A stretch of 64,000 bases of DNA from a virus (IMGVR_UViG_3300005512_000009:1-64000), one strand, 5' to 3'; positions 36,980 through 47,630 are shown, counted from the stretch's first letter. Numbers and translations: made by a program. The notes: a model not told the origin generated them from the letters alone.

Positions 36980-37552
36980 ATGAAATACATCTTAACCATC
37001 ATGATCACAATGTGTGTAGCCTTCGGCTATGCACAGACACGCAGTGTTCGTACACCCTGGTACCAGGTAGAATATGACGAAACCTTAGAACAGCCTGTAC
37101 AGGTCATGTACCAGGTTCAGTGCACCACCACCACCGTATCCAGAAAAGGCATGGACTTCAAACGAGTCGACAGCATACACACATCCAACAAAAAGGATTA
37201 TGAGGACAACCCATGGGATAAAGGCCATATGGCGCCGGCGGCAGCATTTGCCTGCAACAAGGCGGCTCTCAAGGCCACGTTCCTGTATGTGAATTGTGCA
37301 CTGCAGCATCAGTCATTGAATCGAGGTGCATGGCGTCAATTGGAGGCCTGGGAACGCAAGCAAGCCGAGGGTAGCCCTGTGCGGGTGGAGATTCGAGTAT
37401 GTTGGGAAGGAGCTGCAATACAGCTGCCAACGGGGGCAGTGGTACCAACTCATTTTGAAAAAACAGTTTGGGCGAATGGTACCACTTATCGGTTTCGTTT
37501 TCCTAATGTGGATACATATGGTTCAAAATTTTGGCAGTTTGAACAACGATGA
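36980..37552 (+). CDS. Secreted DNA/RNA non-specific endonuclease (NucA family)
   Basis: Signal peptide; WDKGHMAPAA, TF.YVN..LQ..LNRG.W..LE, VPTHF. Confidence 0.88.
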   Translation: MKYILTIMITMCVAFGYAQTRSVRTPWYQVEYDETLEQPVQVMYQVQCTTTTVSRKGMDFKRVDSIHTSNKKDYEDNPWDKGHMAPAAAFACNKAALKATFLYVNCALQHQSLNRGAWRQLEAWERKQAEGSPVRVEIRVCWEGAAIQLPTGAVVPTHFEKTVWANGTTYRFRFPNVDTYGSKFWQFEQR

Positions 37553-37657
37553 TATGACCTGATTATGACCTGGAAGGTCGTACAAACGTTTTAACTGTGC
37601 TGCTAACTAACTTTTGTTTAATCATATTTATTATAAATCAATATTAGGATATCTATC

Positions 37658-38089
37658 ATGAAAAATATTTTAGCAGAAAATATGCGTCGCTTTGGGACTA
37701 AGAATTTGGCGGAAGGTTTGTTGGATGTTGGCAAACTAGCAATGTATAAAGATGATTTTGAAATTATACTTACACCTAGGCAATCAGAAGATGTTATTAA
37801 TAGTACTATCAATTCGATGATTCAAGACATGGGCGGGCCTGCTGAAGCGGCTGAACTTATGCAAGGAGCATTGGAATCGATTGATAGGATTAAAGGCCTT
37901 TTGAAACCATTAATTGCCAAAGATGCTACATTGGATGTAACGATGTTGAATAAGATTGTTGATAGTTTACCATTTGATGAAGCGACTAAAAAACAGCTTC
38001 AAAGTAATATTATGAACTTGGCTCAAGATTTAAATGTAGCTATGCGTGGTAGTGGAGCGGATACTAGCACCGCATCAAAATTAACATAA
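37658..38089 (+). CDS. Hypothetical protein with leader MKNILAE
   Basis: After ATATTTAT motif. Confidence 0.6.
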   Translation: MKNILAENMRRFGTKNLAEGLLDVGKLAMYKDDFEIILTPRQSEDVINSTINSMIQDMGGPAEAAELMQGALESIDRIKGLLKPLIAKDATLDVTMLNKIVDSLPFDEATKKQLQSNIMNLAQDLNVAMRGSGADTSTASKLT

Positions 38090-38150
38090 ATAAATTGTAA
38101 TTAATTTGGATATACGCAAATCTTTTCTTATAATATAGAAAATAGAAAAA

Positions 38151-38708
38151 ATGAAAAGATTTGCATTTATTGTTTCTTTGATAATATCATCAACGGGATA
38201 TTCACAAACACAAAATATTTTATTAGCTCAAGTATCAGGCACAGATACGTTATATTATGCTACTTTGCCAGCATTTACAATACAAGCCAAAAGGTCTGCG
38301 GCATCTAAACGTAAGCATGTAAGATTGATAGCCGACATTAAACGGGTTTATCCATATGCTAGATTGGGTGCTAAAATTTTAGACTCATATCGAGATAGTA
38401 TTGCAAGTGCTGAGACAGATCGTGAAGCTCGAGTGTTTTATAAACGAGCAGAACAAGAGTTGAAAACGCAATATGGACGAGAAATAAAAGCATTGAATCA
38501 TCGTCAAGGACTTTTGTTAATCAAACTTATTGATCGAGAAACATCACATACAGCATATCAAATTATTTCAAATTCTCGTTCAAATCTAACTGCGGGGTTA
38601 TATCAAGGCATTGCAAGAATATGGGGTTATAATCTTAAGACTCGATATGATGCTACAAAAGAATATGAAATTGAATCAGCATTGTATGATATATATGGAG
38701 TGATATAA
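38151..38708 (+). CDS. DUF4294-like exported protein
   Basis: IKRVYPYA..QG.LLIKLIDRET..YNLKT.YD. Confidence 0.7.
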   Translation: MKRFAFIVSLIISSTGYSQTQNILLAQVSGTDTLYYATLPAFTIQAKRSAASKRKHVRLIADIKRVYPYARLGAKILDSYRDSIASAETDREARVFYKRAEQELKTQYGREIKALNHRQGLLLIKLIDRETSHTAYQIISNSRSNLTAGLYQGIARIWGYNLKTRYDATKEYEIESALYDIYGVI

Positions 38709-38747
38709 TCTAGATCGTGTTTTTTATATATAAAAATAAAAATTGTT

Positions 38748-39041
38748 ATGGGAAAATTAAAATCAAAGTACAAAAGGGATAATTCGGAACTTATCCAGTC
38801 TGTTATTGATAGTGGAGTAAATACATTTATCACTAAAATAAAGATGATAGAAACATCAAAAGTTAAAGGATATCAAATTTATGAATGTGATTATGTTGAT
38901 AATGGTGCTATTCGCAATGTAAACATTATTGCAATGGATATCGAAGATGCCGTATCCAGATTGGATGGTTTGGTAAATAAAGGAATTCCTTCGCAGACTG
39001 CAAATTATTTGTTAAGTAGTAAAACATTGAATAATAAATAA
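38748..39041 (+). CDS. Hypothetical protein
   Basis: ORF. Confidence 0.55.
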   Translation: MGKLKSKYKRDNSELIQSVIDSGVNTFITKIKMIETSKVKGYQIYECDYVDNGAIRNVNIIAMDIEDAVSRLDGLVNKGIPSQTANYLLSSKTLNNK

Positions 39042-39044
39042 GTT

Positions 39045-39443
39045 ATGGATCACTATTCTTTTGGTGGAAGTCGTTGGCTGCGAATTCGTAGTCGCATCGT
39101 TTCAAGTTTTGTGTGGAGTGGATGTGGTATTAGCCGTTTCTTTGTGTGGATGGCGCGGCGAATAAATGGCATCAGCATACAATTGTCTCGCAGAGTGAAA
39201 CAGTTAAGGGAACAGGCTGAACCAACTACCATTCACATAAACAAAGTAGTTCCGCTTGACAAATGGACTATGCGCATTGAGTTTACAGTAGATCGCAAAG
39301 AACGACGATGCGTGCATTTACAATCAATGACACCAATTTATGCTGAAACGTTTGCTTCATATAAGCGTGGAGAAGAAGTGGAAATTGTAGATCTTCATTA
39401 TTATTCGGTAGTAGGAATGCAATCAGAATGGAAAACGATGTAA
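39045..39443 (+). CDS. Hypothetical protein
   Basis: ORF. Confidence 0.5.
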   Translation: MDHYSFGGSRWLRIRSRIVSSFVWSGCGISRFFVWMARRINGISIQLSRRVKQLREQAEPTTIHINKVVPLDKWTMRIEFTVDRKERRCVHLQSMTPIYAETFASYKRGEEVEIVDLHYYSVVGMQSEWKTM

Positions 39444-39459
39444 ACGAATATTTATTAAT

Positions 39460-39762
39460 ATGAATATGAAATTAACATCTTTATTAAGTGAAAGAACCGA
39501 GTCGACTCGTATTACAATAGCAGGCGTTTCATTTAGGGTATTTGGCCATGAAAATCGTTTGTATCTTTTACCGGAGACTACAAAAGATTTAGATCTTATT
39601 GATGACCGCGGTGGCAAAGAAGCTTTTATTCAAAATGAAACATTTCCATTTCTAGAAACAGTAACTGGCATTACGTGGCAATGGGATGAAGCTAATCCGG
39701 GAGCAGGTCATATATTCGAAGTAGACTTAGATGTTGTGATTCAAAGTCTTAAAGGAGCATGA
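39460..39762 (+). CDS. Hypothetical protein with leader MKLTSLLSE
   Basis: After ATATTTAT motif. Confidence 0.6.
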   Translation: MNMKLTSLLSERTESTRITIAGVSFRVFGHENRLYLLPETTKDLDLIDDRGGKEAFIQNETFPFLETVTGITWQWDEANPGAGHIFEVDLDVVIQSLKGA

Positions 39763-40142
39763 TGAACAAGACGTTATTAAAACAACTTATCCGAGAAGAG
39801 ATAAAGAATGTACGAGAGCAAATGTCAGATGACTTAGAAAATACAACATCAAATGATGATGCATATTCAAAAGCATTTGATTCAATGGATACAGATCCGA
39901 TTGTTCATCCCCAAGCTATTGAGAAAATGGCTGACGCATTAGACGTTAAAGTAAGCATACACTTAGGTGCTGGTTATAACAAATTAACTTTTAACCAACG
40001 TGAAGATGTTGATGAAAAGACATTTGAACGAATGATTCAGTTTTTAGAACGAATAGGATACAATGTTGATTTAGGACAGAGTGACAGAATGTATGATTTT
40101 GAGCCAGGCGAGCGCGATTATTATCCTCGAATAGTATTCTAA
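39759..40142 (+). CDS. Hypothetical protein with LKQLIREE leader
   Basis: ORF. Confidence 0.6.
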   Translation: MMNKTLLKQLIREEIKNVREQMSDDLENTTSNDDAYSKAFDSMDTDPIVHPQAIEKMADALDVKVSIHLGAGYNKLTFNQREDVDEKTFERMIQFLERIGYNVDLGQSDRMYDFEPGERDYYPRIVF

Positions 40143-40162
40143 AATAAAATAAAAAAAAGATT

Positions 40163-40201
40163 AGGAGTGAGATTGGATTCTTGCTCCTTTTTTACTATAA
40201 T
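40163..40201 (+). terminator. Terminator with embedded TTGGAT-N17-TATAAT promoter
   Basis: AGGAGTGAGA..TCTTGCTCCT-TTTT; TTGGAT 40173, TATAAT 40196. Confidence 0.7.
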
Positions 40202-40206
40202 AGGTT

Positions 40207-40890
40207 ATGAAAATTAGAATTACATTCATATCAGATACCCATACTAAACACAAACAATGTGAAATGGATTTACCAGGCGGTGATATCTTAATCCATTCTG
40301 GTGATTTTATGAGTACAGGTTATTATTTGAATGAAGCATCTTCATTTTTAGAATGGTATGATGGATTATGGCAATATGATAATAAGATTTTGATTGCAGG
40401 AAACCACGATAGATGGTTCGAAGATAATATGAAGGAGATACCTAAGTTAATGGAAATGTATCCTAACATCAAATATCTATTAGACCAACAAACAGAAATA
40501 TTTGGTTTAAAGATTTGGGGTTCTCCTTGGCAGCCTGAGTTTTGCAATTGGGCATTTAACTTAGAAAGAAATGGTGAAGATTTAAGAGAGAAGTGGTTTT
40601 GGATTCCATCTGATTGTGATATCTTAGTAACACATGGACCTGCATATGGTCATTTAGATATATCAGGTTATGGTAATCAGAATGTAGGTTGTGAATTACT
40701 TAGAGAAAGAGTTGATGTAGTAAAACCATTGATTCATTCATTTGGACATATTCATGGAAGTGCTGGATACAAGTTTGATGGTAATACTCATTATTTTAAT
40801 GCATCAATCTTAGATGAAAGATATGAGTATAGAAATAAACCAATGACAATTGATTTGGATTTAGAAACAAGAGAAATTGAGTTTGTATAA
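40207..40890 (+). CDS. Metallophosphoesterase (calcineurin-like)
   Basis: ISDTH, HSGDF, AGNHD, THGP, FGHIH. Confidence 0.9.
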   Translation: MKIRITFISDTHTKHKQCEMDLPGGDILIHSGDFMSTGYYLNEASSFLEWYDGLWQYDNKILIAGNHDRWFEDNMKEIPKLMEMYPNIKYLLDQQTEIFGLKIWGSPWQPEFCNWAFNLERNGEDLREKWFWIPSDCDILVTHGPAYGHLDISGYGNQNVGCELLRERVDVVKPLIHSFGHIHGSAGYKFDGNTHYFNASILDERYEYRNKPMTIDLDLETREIEFV

Positions 40891-41008
40891 AATATGAGCA
40901 AGTTAAAAGTAAAATGGACACCATCCGTAGAAGATGATTTACATTCATTTGTTGTGTGTGGTGTTTTAACTCAAGAACAAGCAGATGAATTATTAAAAGA
41001 ATTTAAAG

Positions 41009-41497
41009 ATGAGAAACTTTAATTACATAAAAGTATTTAATTCACCTTTCAAACGACCAAAACTAAAATGGTATTTTGGTAAGATTGCTATTGGTACTCC
41101 TTACTTCTTTCCGAGAAGATGGGTTGGAAGATGGGTTGATAATCCTGATAAACCAGGTTACCAAAAAGCAGTTCCAAAAAAGATTGGATTTGATTTTGTT
41201 GGATTGGGATACAAAACTAAATGGAGTGATACTGATTACAGATTTGAGTGGGGGCCACTTATTTCATTTGTGTTCTTTAAATGGCAGATTGCTGTAATGC
41301 TGAAAGTTCCACATCCAGAACATTATTGGGCTTGTTGGTTAACTTATGAAAATGATACAGATAAAGATTTATCTACAGAAGCACGAATCAAATTAGCAAA
41401 AGAAATTAATCCTGAAGTTTGGACTTCAAGTAAGGGTGATGGTAAAAAAGAAACAATTTGTTATTGGGATAAAGTTTTAAAAGATAAATGGTTATGA
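41009..41497 (+). CDS. Hypothetical protein
   Basis: ORF. Confidence 0.6.
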   Translation: MRNFNYIKVFNSPFKRPKLKWYFGKIAIGTPYFFPRRWVGRWVDNPDKPGYQKAVPKKIGFDFVGLGYKTKWSDTDYRFEWGPLISFVFFKWQIAVMLKVPHPEHYWACWLTYENDTDKDLSTEARIKLAKEINPEVWTSSKGDGKKETICYWDKVLKDKWL

Positions 41498-41679
41498 ACG
41501 AAGAAGTACTTGATAAACTAAAAGACTTCATTGATGTATATGAAACTGAGTATGGTGATGTTGAAGGATTTGAAGTAACTTTGGAACATCCTATTGTGGA
41601 TGGTGAACGACAAGCTTATGCAGATATCAAAGAGTTTATAGTAAAAAGAATTGTAAAAGAACAAATTAAGATAAAATGA
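41488..41679 (+). CDS. Hypothetical protein
   Basis: ORF. Confidence 0.5.
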   Translation: MVMNEEVLDKLKDFIDVYETEYGDVEGFEVTLEHPIVDGERQAYADIKEFIVKRIVKEQIKIK

Positions 41680-42038
41680 TAGGCGGAGTACAACCTAAAC
41701 TCATAGTTGGTTTCGATGAAGAAGGCAATATGACACTTGATGAAACCCAAGCTGAATTGCTAGGTTTGATAGAAAAAGAATTCAATTGGAAATTGGTTCG
41801 TGAACGAGATGGTTTAACTAAACAATCTAAAGAAATAAAATGGTTAGAATGGGATAATGAAGGTCGATACAAAGCTGATTATCAAGAGCCTGCTATTGGT
41901 CGTTCATTGATTATGTCCCCATTTAATGATTACTTTACTTGGCAAACAACTGATGTTATCGAAATCGTAGAAGAACGAGAAGATTACGTTAAATTCAAAA
42001 CACAAAATAGTAATTACGAATTATGGAAGCTATCTTAA
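41676..42038 (+). CDS. Hypothetical protein
   Basis: WQTTDV.EI..FKTQNS.YEL. Confidence 0.6.
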   Translation: MIGGVQPKLIVGFDEEGNMTLDETQAELLGLIEKEFNWKLVRERDGLTKQSKEIKWLEWDNEGRYKADYQEPAIGRSLIMSPFNDYFTWQTTDVIEIVEEREDYVKFKTQNSNYELWKLS

Positions 42039-42081
42039 AATTTAACTTAGACAATCCAGATGATAAAATGGTGGGATTAGT

Positions 42082-42387
42082 ATGAGTATAAAAAAAATTG
42101 GAAAGGAGTATAGAGAAACTCCTAAACGAGAAATTCGCGAAGCTGCTATTGAGAACTTCGTGTATGGGTTCTTGGGGTCAATCATTGTAGTGTTTATTAC
42201 ATTAAGAATTGATATTGCTGTATTGCTTGCATATATGACTTATTACTTCTTTGTAGGTAAGGTTGTTAATAGACCTAAATACGTTACATCATTAGGTAAG
42301 TTTATTATATTTCCTGTACCAACTGCACTTGGAGCATTCGCAGGATACAAACTCGTAAATTTAATTGTCAGTATTTATAATATATGA
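42082..42387 (+). CDS. Membrane protein
   Basis: Three hydrophobic segments. Confidence 0.6.
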   Translation: MSIKKIGKEYRETPKREIREAAIENFVYGFLGSIIVVFITLRIDIAVLLAYMTYYFFVGKVVNRPKYVTSLGKFIIFPVPTALGAFAGYKLVNLIVSIYNI

Positions 42388-42737
42388 ACTACGTAATAAT
42401 AGGAACAAACAAATTCAGCACAGAAATTCAACGTACTGAATGGCAACATGCACAAGGGATGCAAGGACGTACATGGAATGGTAGTGATTCTATGTATTTT
42501 GCAATGACACCAAGAATGCATTCTTTTCATACGCAGAATTGTATTGTACCAATGGATATCGTTTTTGTTAATAATGGCAAAATTATCAAGATTTATCCAA
42601 ACTGCGTACCGAATTCGGGTGAGTCTTATGTTGGGTTTGGAGATGCAGTCGTTGAATTACCAGCCAATACCGTTTTTAAATATCGAATAACACCAGGGCA
42701 AACAGTTACATTATGGCAACACAAGGATCATATCTAA
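42384..42737 (+). CDS. DUF192 family protein
   Basis: GMQGR..MYF..F..QNC.VPMDIVF..VVELPA. Confidence 0.75.
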   Translation: MNYVIIGTNKFSTEIQRTEWQHAQGMQGRTWNGSDSMYFAMTPRMHSFHTQNCIVPMDIVFVNNGKIIKIYPNCVPNSGESYVGFGDAVVELPANTVFKYRITPGQTVTLWQHKDHI

Positions 42738-42988
42738 GATTACCGCTCGTAATCACTTATCGACGCACTCAGAGAAGCAAAAAGAAGCTCATAAAAATAT
42801 TGAGAGGCAAGACATCTGACAATATTGACAAATTGGTCGATCTCAAAGTGCACGGAATCAATGAAAATACAGTAATTGACCATGTAGGAGTTGGGTATCA
42901 ATACGTTCCGCAAGACAAATTAACGGCATCTGATCATAAGGGTATGGCTGCTGTTCAAGCAGAAACTTTGAAAAACATGGCAAAGTAA
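42713..42988 (+). CDS. Hypothetical protein
   Basis: ORF. Confidence 0.5.
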   Translation: MATQGSYLRLPLVITYRRTQRSKKKLIKILRGKTSDNIDKLVDLKVHGINENTVIDHVGVGYQYVPQDKLTASDHKGMAAVQAETLKNMAK

Positions 42989-43028
42989 CATTTCTGATAT
43001 TTATTATTAAATAAAAGGATAATGTTAT

Positions 43029-43214
43029 ATGACATCGCAAGAAATTTACGATGAAATGAAGCAAACCTGGGATGCGTTTGAGAAAGATCACATAAGATTT
43101 TACGAAAAAAACATCAAAGCAGCAGGTGCAAGAGCAAGAAAGGCAGCAACACACCTTAAAAAACTTGCAAGTAATTACAGACATACAAATTTATCCGAAA
43201 CAAGAGACAAATAA
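43029..43214 (+). CDS. Histone H1-like (Hc1-type) small protein
   Basis: EKNIKAAGARARKA..LKKLA..YR. Confidence 0.65.
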   Translation: MTSQEIYDEMKQTWDAFEKDHIRFYEKNIKAAGARARKAATHLKKLASNYRHTNLSETRDK

Positions 43215-43976
43215 ATGGATGTACGTAAAATAGTTCAAGAAGAATTGCAAAGAATTGTTGCTGAACAGGCAGAAGAGGTGGATACTTCACCATTTTCTGC
43301 AGAAGAACAAGCATTCTTAGGCAAATTTGCAGAGAAAGGAAGTCAATACTTAGGCATTCTTTATTCAAAAACTGATATTGGCTTCGAAGAGTTCATTACA
43401 CGAGCGGGGTCGACATTAAATTTAACACGTCCAGTGCTTGATAACCTCATAAAAAATAAAATTGTAAGTGTTACACCATATGGCGGATACGGACGCAATG
43501 AAGATTACACCATAAAGCTCAATATCAAGCTAGATGATGTGATGCCTTTCAAAGGTATGGACGGCGATGATGCTGCCGCGGCTGGAGCAGAAGGTGGTGC
43601 AGGCGCACCGGAAGAGGTAGGCGCTGAAGTTCCTGAAGCTGGACCTACTGAGTGGGTGGCTAATTATGGGGACGTTCTTACAGAAACAGTTAATGTAGCA
43701 AAAAAGGTCATGACTTCTAAAAAAAAGAACGAAGCTAAGGTATATGCGAAGTCAGCAAGAACACTTCAACGACTTCCAAAAGGATATTTACGGTATCTAG
43801 AGCAAATTATTCGCATACTGTCTAAAAAGGTGCATAACAATTTAGAAAGAGAACATCTTGTTGCTGACATACTTGACAATTTAGCACATAATTTTGGTTT
43901 AACGCCTACACAGATATATCGTAGCTATATTTATTATAAATCACAGAATCGTTTACAACGAATAGTAGGAAAATAA
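43215..43976 (+). CDS. Hypothetical putative virion protein
   Basis: RKIVQEEL leader; acidic Gly/Ala linker. Confidence 0.6.
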   Translation: MDVRKIVQEELQRIVAEQAEEVDTSPFSAEEQAFLGKFAEKGSQYLGILYSKTDIGFEEFITRAGSTLNLTRPVLDNLIKNKIVSVTPYGGYGRNEDYTIKLNIKLDDVMPFKGMDGDDAAAAGAEGGAGAPEEVGAEVPEAGPTEWVANYGDVLTETVNVAKKVMTSKKKNEAKVYAKSARTLQRLPKGYLRYLEQIIRILSKKVHNNLEREHLVADILDNLAHNFGLTPTQIYRSYIYYKSQNRLQRIVGK

Positions 43977-43977
43977 C

Positions 43978-44958
43978 ATGATTAAATTGAAAAGTATATT
44001 GCGTGAAGCTGGATTGTTAGGTGAACAAGCTAATCAAACACAAGTTTTAAATGTAACCCCAGGTGATACTCAGCAACAATTACAGCAACAATTAATTGAT
44101 TCTGAATTAGATTTAACTAATCCGGTAACTATTAATTTAACATTTAGTTCACAATTACCAAATAATGGTGTTCCATCTTCTAACCAAATAACTCAGTTAC
44201 AAACTACACTAACAGCAATAGGTGCAATTGGAAAAAATGTATCAGCAGTTGTTAATGCAGGCACTACAGCTACTAGAGCTACTGGTACTGGAGCTCCTGT
44301 TAGTCAATTTACACAAGGTGGAGCAGCTTTTGCGAGGGCATTTCCTAATATTGCGCAAGCATACCCAGTTACTAATAATGAAACTAGTAATAACTTTTTA
44401 TTATTAAATAGAGCTGGTGCTATATATCAAGCTGCAATCAATGCCGGTATTCAAAATGTTACTACAACAATACCAACTGATGGCACTGCTACAAGACAAC
44501 AAACCAGATTTGCAACACTAAGCGTTACTGGGGTTTTTAAGCTTGAAGCAAAAGTAGAATTTGCATTTGACGTCGCAGTTAGAGTACCAAATCAAACGGA
44601 ATTACGTAGCGGTAGAGCATATACTATTCCGTTTTATGTAAAAAGGGGATATAACGTTAAAATGCCTGGAACATGGACGAATATTGGTTCTCAAGCTAAC
44701 TTTGAATCATTTGTATCAAAGGCAGCTTCTGGTAAAAATTGGTCTGGTTCCGAGTTGGATGATAAACGGTTTGCAACCATTGACCCAACAACGTTTGCGA
44801 AGTTTCAAACACTAAATAGTCTAATATCAAAAATTGATATCATGGATTATTTACGAACTAATGCAGCTGAGTTATCTGAAAAATCTTTTTTAGAGCCATG
44901 GAGACAAGATAAAGCTGCGATTGGTATTGATAATGTAATTAAACTTTTCAGTGAATAA
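43978..44958 (+). CDS. Putative virion protein with MIKLKSILRE leader
   Basis: T/N/Q-rich. Confidence 0.65.
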   Translation: MIKLKSILREAGLLGEQANQTQVLNVTPGDTQQQLQQQLIDSELDLTNPVTINLTFSSQLPNNGVPSSNQITQLQTTLTAIGAIGKNVSAVVNAGTTATRATGTGAPVSQFTQGGAAFARAFPNIAQAYPVTNNETSNNFLLLNRAGAIYQAAINAGIQNVTTTIPTDGTATRQQTRFATLSVTGVFKLEAKVEFAFDVAVRVPNQTELRSGRAYTIPFYVKRGYNVKMPGTWTNIGSQANFESFVSKAASGKNWSGSELDDKRFATIDPTTFAKFQTLNSLISKIDIMDYLRTNAAELSEKSFLEPWRQDKAAIGIDNVIKLFSE

Positions 44959-45008
44959 TTTTGGATTCTATTTCTTTTTTTCTTATATTATAGTATAATT
45001 TAAAAGGG

Positions 45009-45527
45009 ATGAAAAAGTTATTGATTATTGTATTCGTAAGTGTATCGCAAATTTGTTTTGGTCAGAATACACCATCACCAAATTTGGCTGATTATTTACC
45101 TAAAGATACAACTACTAAAATACACGTAAGCCAGACAATTGAATACAACATTCGATTTCAAACAGAGTTTTACAAACAAATAAATACATATCGAAAAGCA
45201 AATGGTAAGAAACCTCTTCAACCAGATTCTGTGTTAGAAGCTAGTGCACTTCAACATTCTAAATATCAAGCGTATGAGGGAGAAATGACTCATATTGAAA
45301 CCAATAAAAATAATCCATATTATGTTGGGGAACAAGTATCTTGGCGAAATGGTAATGGTGAAAATGTTATGTATGGCATTGGAGGCCATGACCCGGATGC
45401 ATCTGCGTCGTTTGCATTTACACTTTGGAAATTGTCACCAGGACATAGACAGAATATGTTAAGCGATTACAAATTTGTTGGTGTTGCGGTGTATGATGGA
45501 TATGCTACAACAGTATTTGGATTATAA
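45009..45527 (+). CDS. Secreted CAP (SCP) domain protein
   Basis: Signal peptide; INTYRK..L..A..HS, GENV, WKLSPGHRQNML. Confidence 0.85.
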   Translation: MKKLLIIVFVSVSQICFGQNTPSPNLADYLPKDTTTKIHVSQTIEYNIRFQTEFYKQINTYRKANGKKPLQPDSVLEASALQHSKYQAYEGEMTHIETNKNNPYYVGEQVSWRNGNGENVMYGIGGHDPDASASFAFTLWKLSPGHRQNMLSDYKFVGVAVYDGYATTVFGL

Positions 45528-45567
45528 ATAAATATTCATTATAATTAATTAAAATCAAATATAAATT

Positions 45568-45777
45568 ATGGCGTATTACACAGCACGAGTACAATGGGTT
45601 GATGTCGTTGACACCCCAAAAGGACAAAAAGAAAAGAAAGTAACCGAAACCTATCTGATTGATGCAATGTCAGTGACAGAAGCAGAAGCAAAGGTAGTAA
45701 AAGACTTCGAAGGTTACAGCTTCGATTTTGAAGTAAAAGGAGTTAATCAGAGTAAGATCGTAAAAATTATTGACTAA
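45568..45777 (+). CDS. DUF4494-like protein
   Basis: KKVTETYLIDAMSVTEAEAKV. Confidence 0.7.
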   Translation: MAYYTARVQWVDVVDTPKGQKEKKVTETYLIDAMSVTEAEAKVVKDFEGYSFDFEVKGVNQSKIVKIID

Positions 45778-46085
45778 TGACCGGATATACAGAAGGAGAT
45801 ACAGTAATTGTATTCAATAAAGACCGTTATCAGGTTGCAATGATTGTTGGCAAGTCCAATGTCAATAAAAAGACACTTTATGATGTTTTGCTTGAAACAA
45901 GATCGATTATTGCAGCAGTTCCACGAGGTGCAGTATCTAAACAGGCTTATATAGATGATAATCTAACTAAGCGATTGGTTTCAACAGGAGAAATTGAATC
46001 AACGCTACCAGAATATACTCATATGGTAGAGCAATGGTTGATTCCAGCATACAATGAAACATCATCTGGCCCAAGAAGCTTCTAA
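45777..46085 (+). CDS. Hypothetical protein
   Basis: ORF. Confidence 0.55.
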   Translation: MTGYTEGDTVIVFNKDRYQVAMIVGKSNVNKKTLYDVLLETRSIIAAVPRGAVSKQAYIDDNLTKRLVSTGEIESTLPEYTHMVEQWLIPAYNETSSGPRSF

Positions 46086-46086
46086 C

Positions 46087-46386
46087 ATGGCAAAGTTGAA
46101 ATTATCAAATATTGAAAAACTGCAGCGCAGGGTACGAAAAAGGTATCCTGGCGCTTATGCAGTTAATGATGTGGGTTGGCACATTGTGTGGAATGGTATT
46201 AATCTCAATGACATATTTTTATTGGATAATTCAGATACAGAGGAAGCTGCGTGGGAACAGGCTGTTACTGTTGCTAAACATGAGCAGCATATTAATCGTA
46301 CACATCCATTAAAGAAGATGTGGAGCCAAACAGCTAAGAATCAAAATAAAGAACGAATAGCAAACCGTATACATTATGCTAGATAA
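46087..46386 (+). CDS. Hypothetical protein
   Basis: ORF. Confidence 0.55.
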   Translation: MAKLKLSNIEKLQRRVRKRYPGAYAVNDVGWHIVWNGINLNDIFLLDNSDTEEAAWEQAVTVAKHEQHINRTHPLKKMWSQTAKNQNKERIANRIHYAR

Positions 46387-47035
46387 ATTACGAGAAAAAA
46401 TATTATCTATATTGTCTGGGCAATTAGATGAAGAGACAATTAAAGCGGACTCATTGCCGCCTGCAGATCCAGATTTCATGAAAAATTCACCTAAAGCGGT
46501 TGGATTTGAATCTACTTCAGAACAAATGAATTTATTTTTAAATTTATTGTTCGGATATAGCCCCACATCAGATACTATTACAGATGTAGGCGCGGGCCGT
46601 GCTGATCTTTATGGATTTATCAAAGACTTTTATGGCGTAGAACCTAGTTATTATGGGTTTGAACAAAGTCCGTTGCTGGTAGACGCAGCAGCAGAAAAAT
46701 GGGGCGTTAGTTTAGATAATCGCAATTTTGATGATATGAATGAACTACCTCGAAAAAGTTGGGTAGTTGCAAATGCATTTTTCTTTCAAAGACGACACGA
46801 ACGAGAAGATGAAGATCTTAATTATTTGTTAGATGCAGTTGATAAGATGTATAACTCTGCGTCTACTGCAGTATCTTTCAACTTATTATCTCCTATCAAC
46901 AACGAAATACATGATGGACATTTTTATGTGCATCCTGGTCTTATATTGGATATGCTGATTGAAAAATATCAATTAGTAACCATAAAACACAATTATTCAA
47001 ATTCAATCTATACAGTAACAATTTATAAATACTAA
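46376..47035 (+). CDS. Class I SAM-dependent methyltransferase
   Basis: ITDVGAGRADLY, YYGFE, VSFNLLS. Confidence 0.7.
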   Translation: MLDKLREKILSILSGQLDEETIKADSLPPADPDFMKNSPKAVGFESTSEQMNLFLNLLFGYSPTSDTITDVGAGRADLYGFIKDFYGVEPSYYGFEQSPLLVDAAAEKWGVSLDNRNFDDMNELPRKSWVVANAFFFQRRHEREDEDLNYLLDAVDKMYNSASTAVSFNLLSPINNEIHDGHFYVHPGLILDMLIEKYQLVTIKHNYSNSIYTVTIYKY

Positions 47036-47039
47036 AAAA

Positions 47040-47429
47040 ATGGCAGGAAGTGTTAATCACCCATGGGGTATCCCAGAAAAAGCAATACAGAGATACGGCA
47101 AAACATGGGCAAATACAGATTTCGTAATACAAAACATTTACGAATCTCAATTTAAAAATGATCCAATGAATACAAAAGTTGGAACATTGTATGTTGGAAA
47201 TGCAAAAATTCCAATGAAGTTTAAAAATGTAATATCTGAAGCTACCAAGTTATTCAATACTTTAGATGCTTTGTATCCATACAGAAAAGATAAAAGTCGA
47301 AAATTTGAAGTTTCGATCATGAACAAAGACTTTGTGTTATCACAGTTAGAAATACGAAAAGTTGCTGAAACATTAGAAACAGCAGCTGAAATTATTCCGA
47401 AAGGATATCAGTTAGGATTATATTTATAA
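47040..47429 (+). CDS. Hypothetical protein
   Basis: ORF. Confidence 0.55.
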   Translation: MAGSVNHPWGIPEKAIQRYGKTWANTDFVIQNIYESQFKNDPMNTKVGTLYVGNAKIPMKFKNVISEATKLFNTLDALYPYRKDKSRKFEVSIMNKDFVLSQLEIRKVAETLETAAEIIPKGYQLGLYL

Positions 47430-47438
47430 TAAAGTGAT

Positions 47439-47630
47439 ATGCTGACAGACGACGACATATTAGAAATACAAAACATGATAAACAAAAGTAATTCAAATGA
47501 AGAATTATTTGCAAGTTTAAAATCATATTTTATACAAACTAAAACTAAGACGTCTAAATTAAAAGATGATCCATTGTATGTTGCTTGGACGGTATATCAA
47601 AATATAATTCAAAACAAACGTATTGTATGA
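47439..47630 (+). CDS. Hypothetical protein
   Basis: ORF. Confidence 0.45.
   Translation: MLTDDDILEIQNMINKSNSNEELFASLKSYFIQTKTKTSKLKDDPLYVAWTVYQNIIQNKRIV

Noticed and set aside
37553-37572. Short TATGACCTG tandem
   Set aside because: Only two copies; no supporting context
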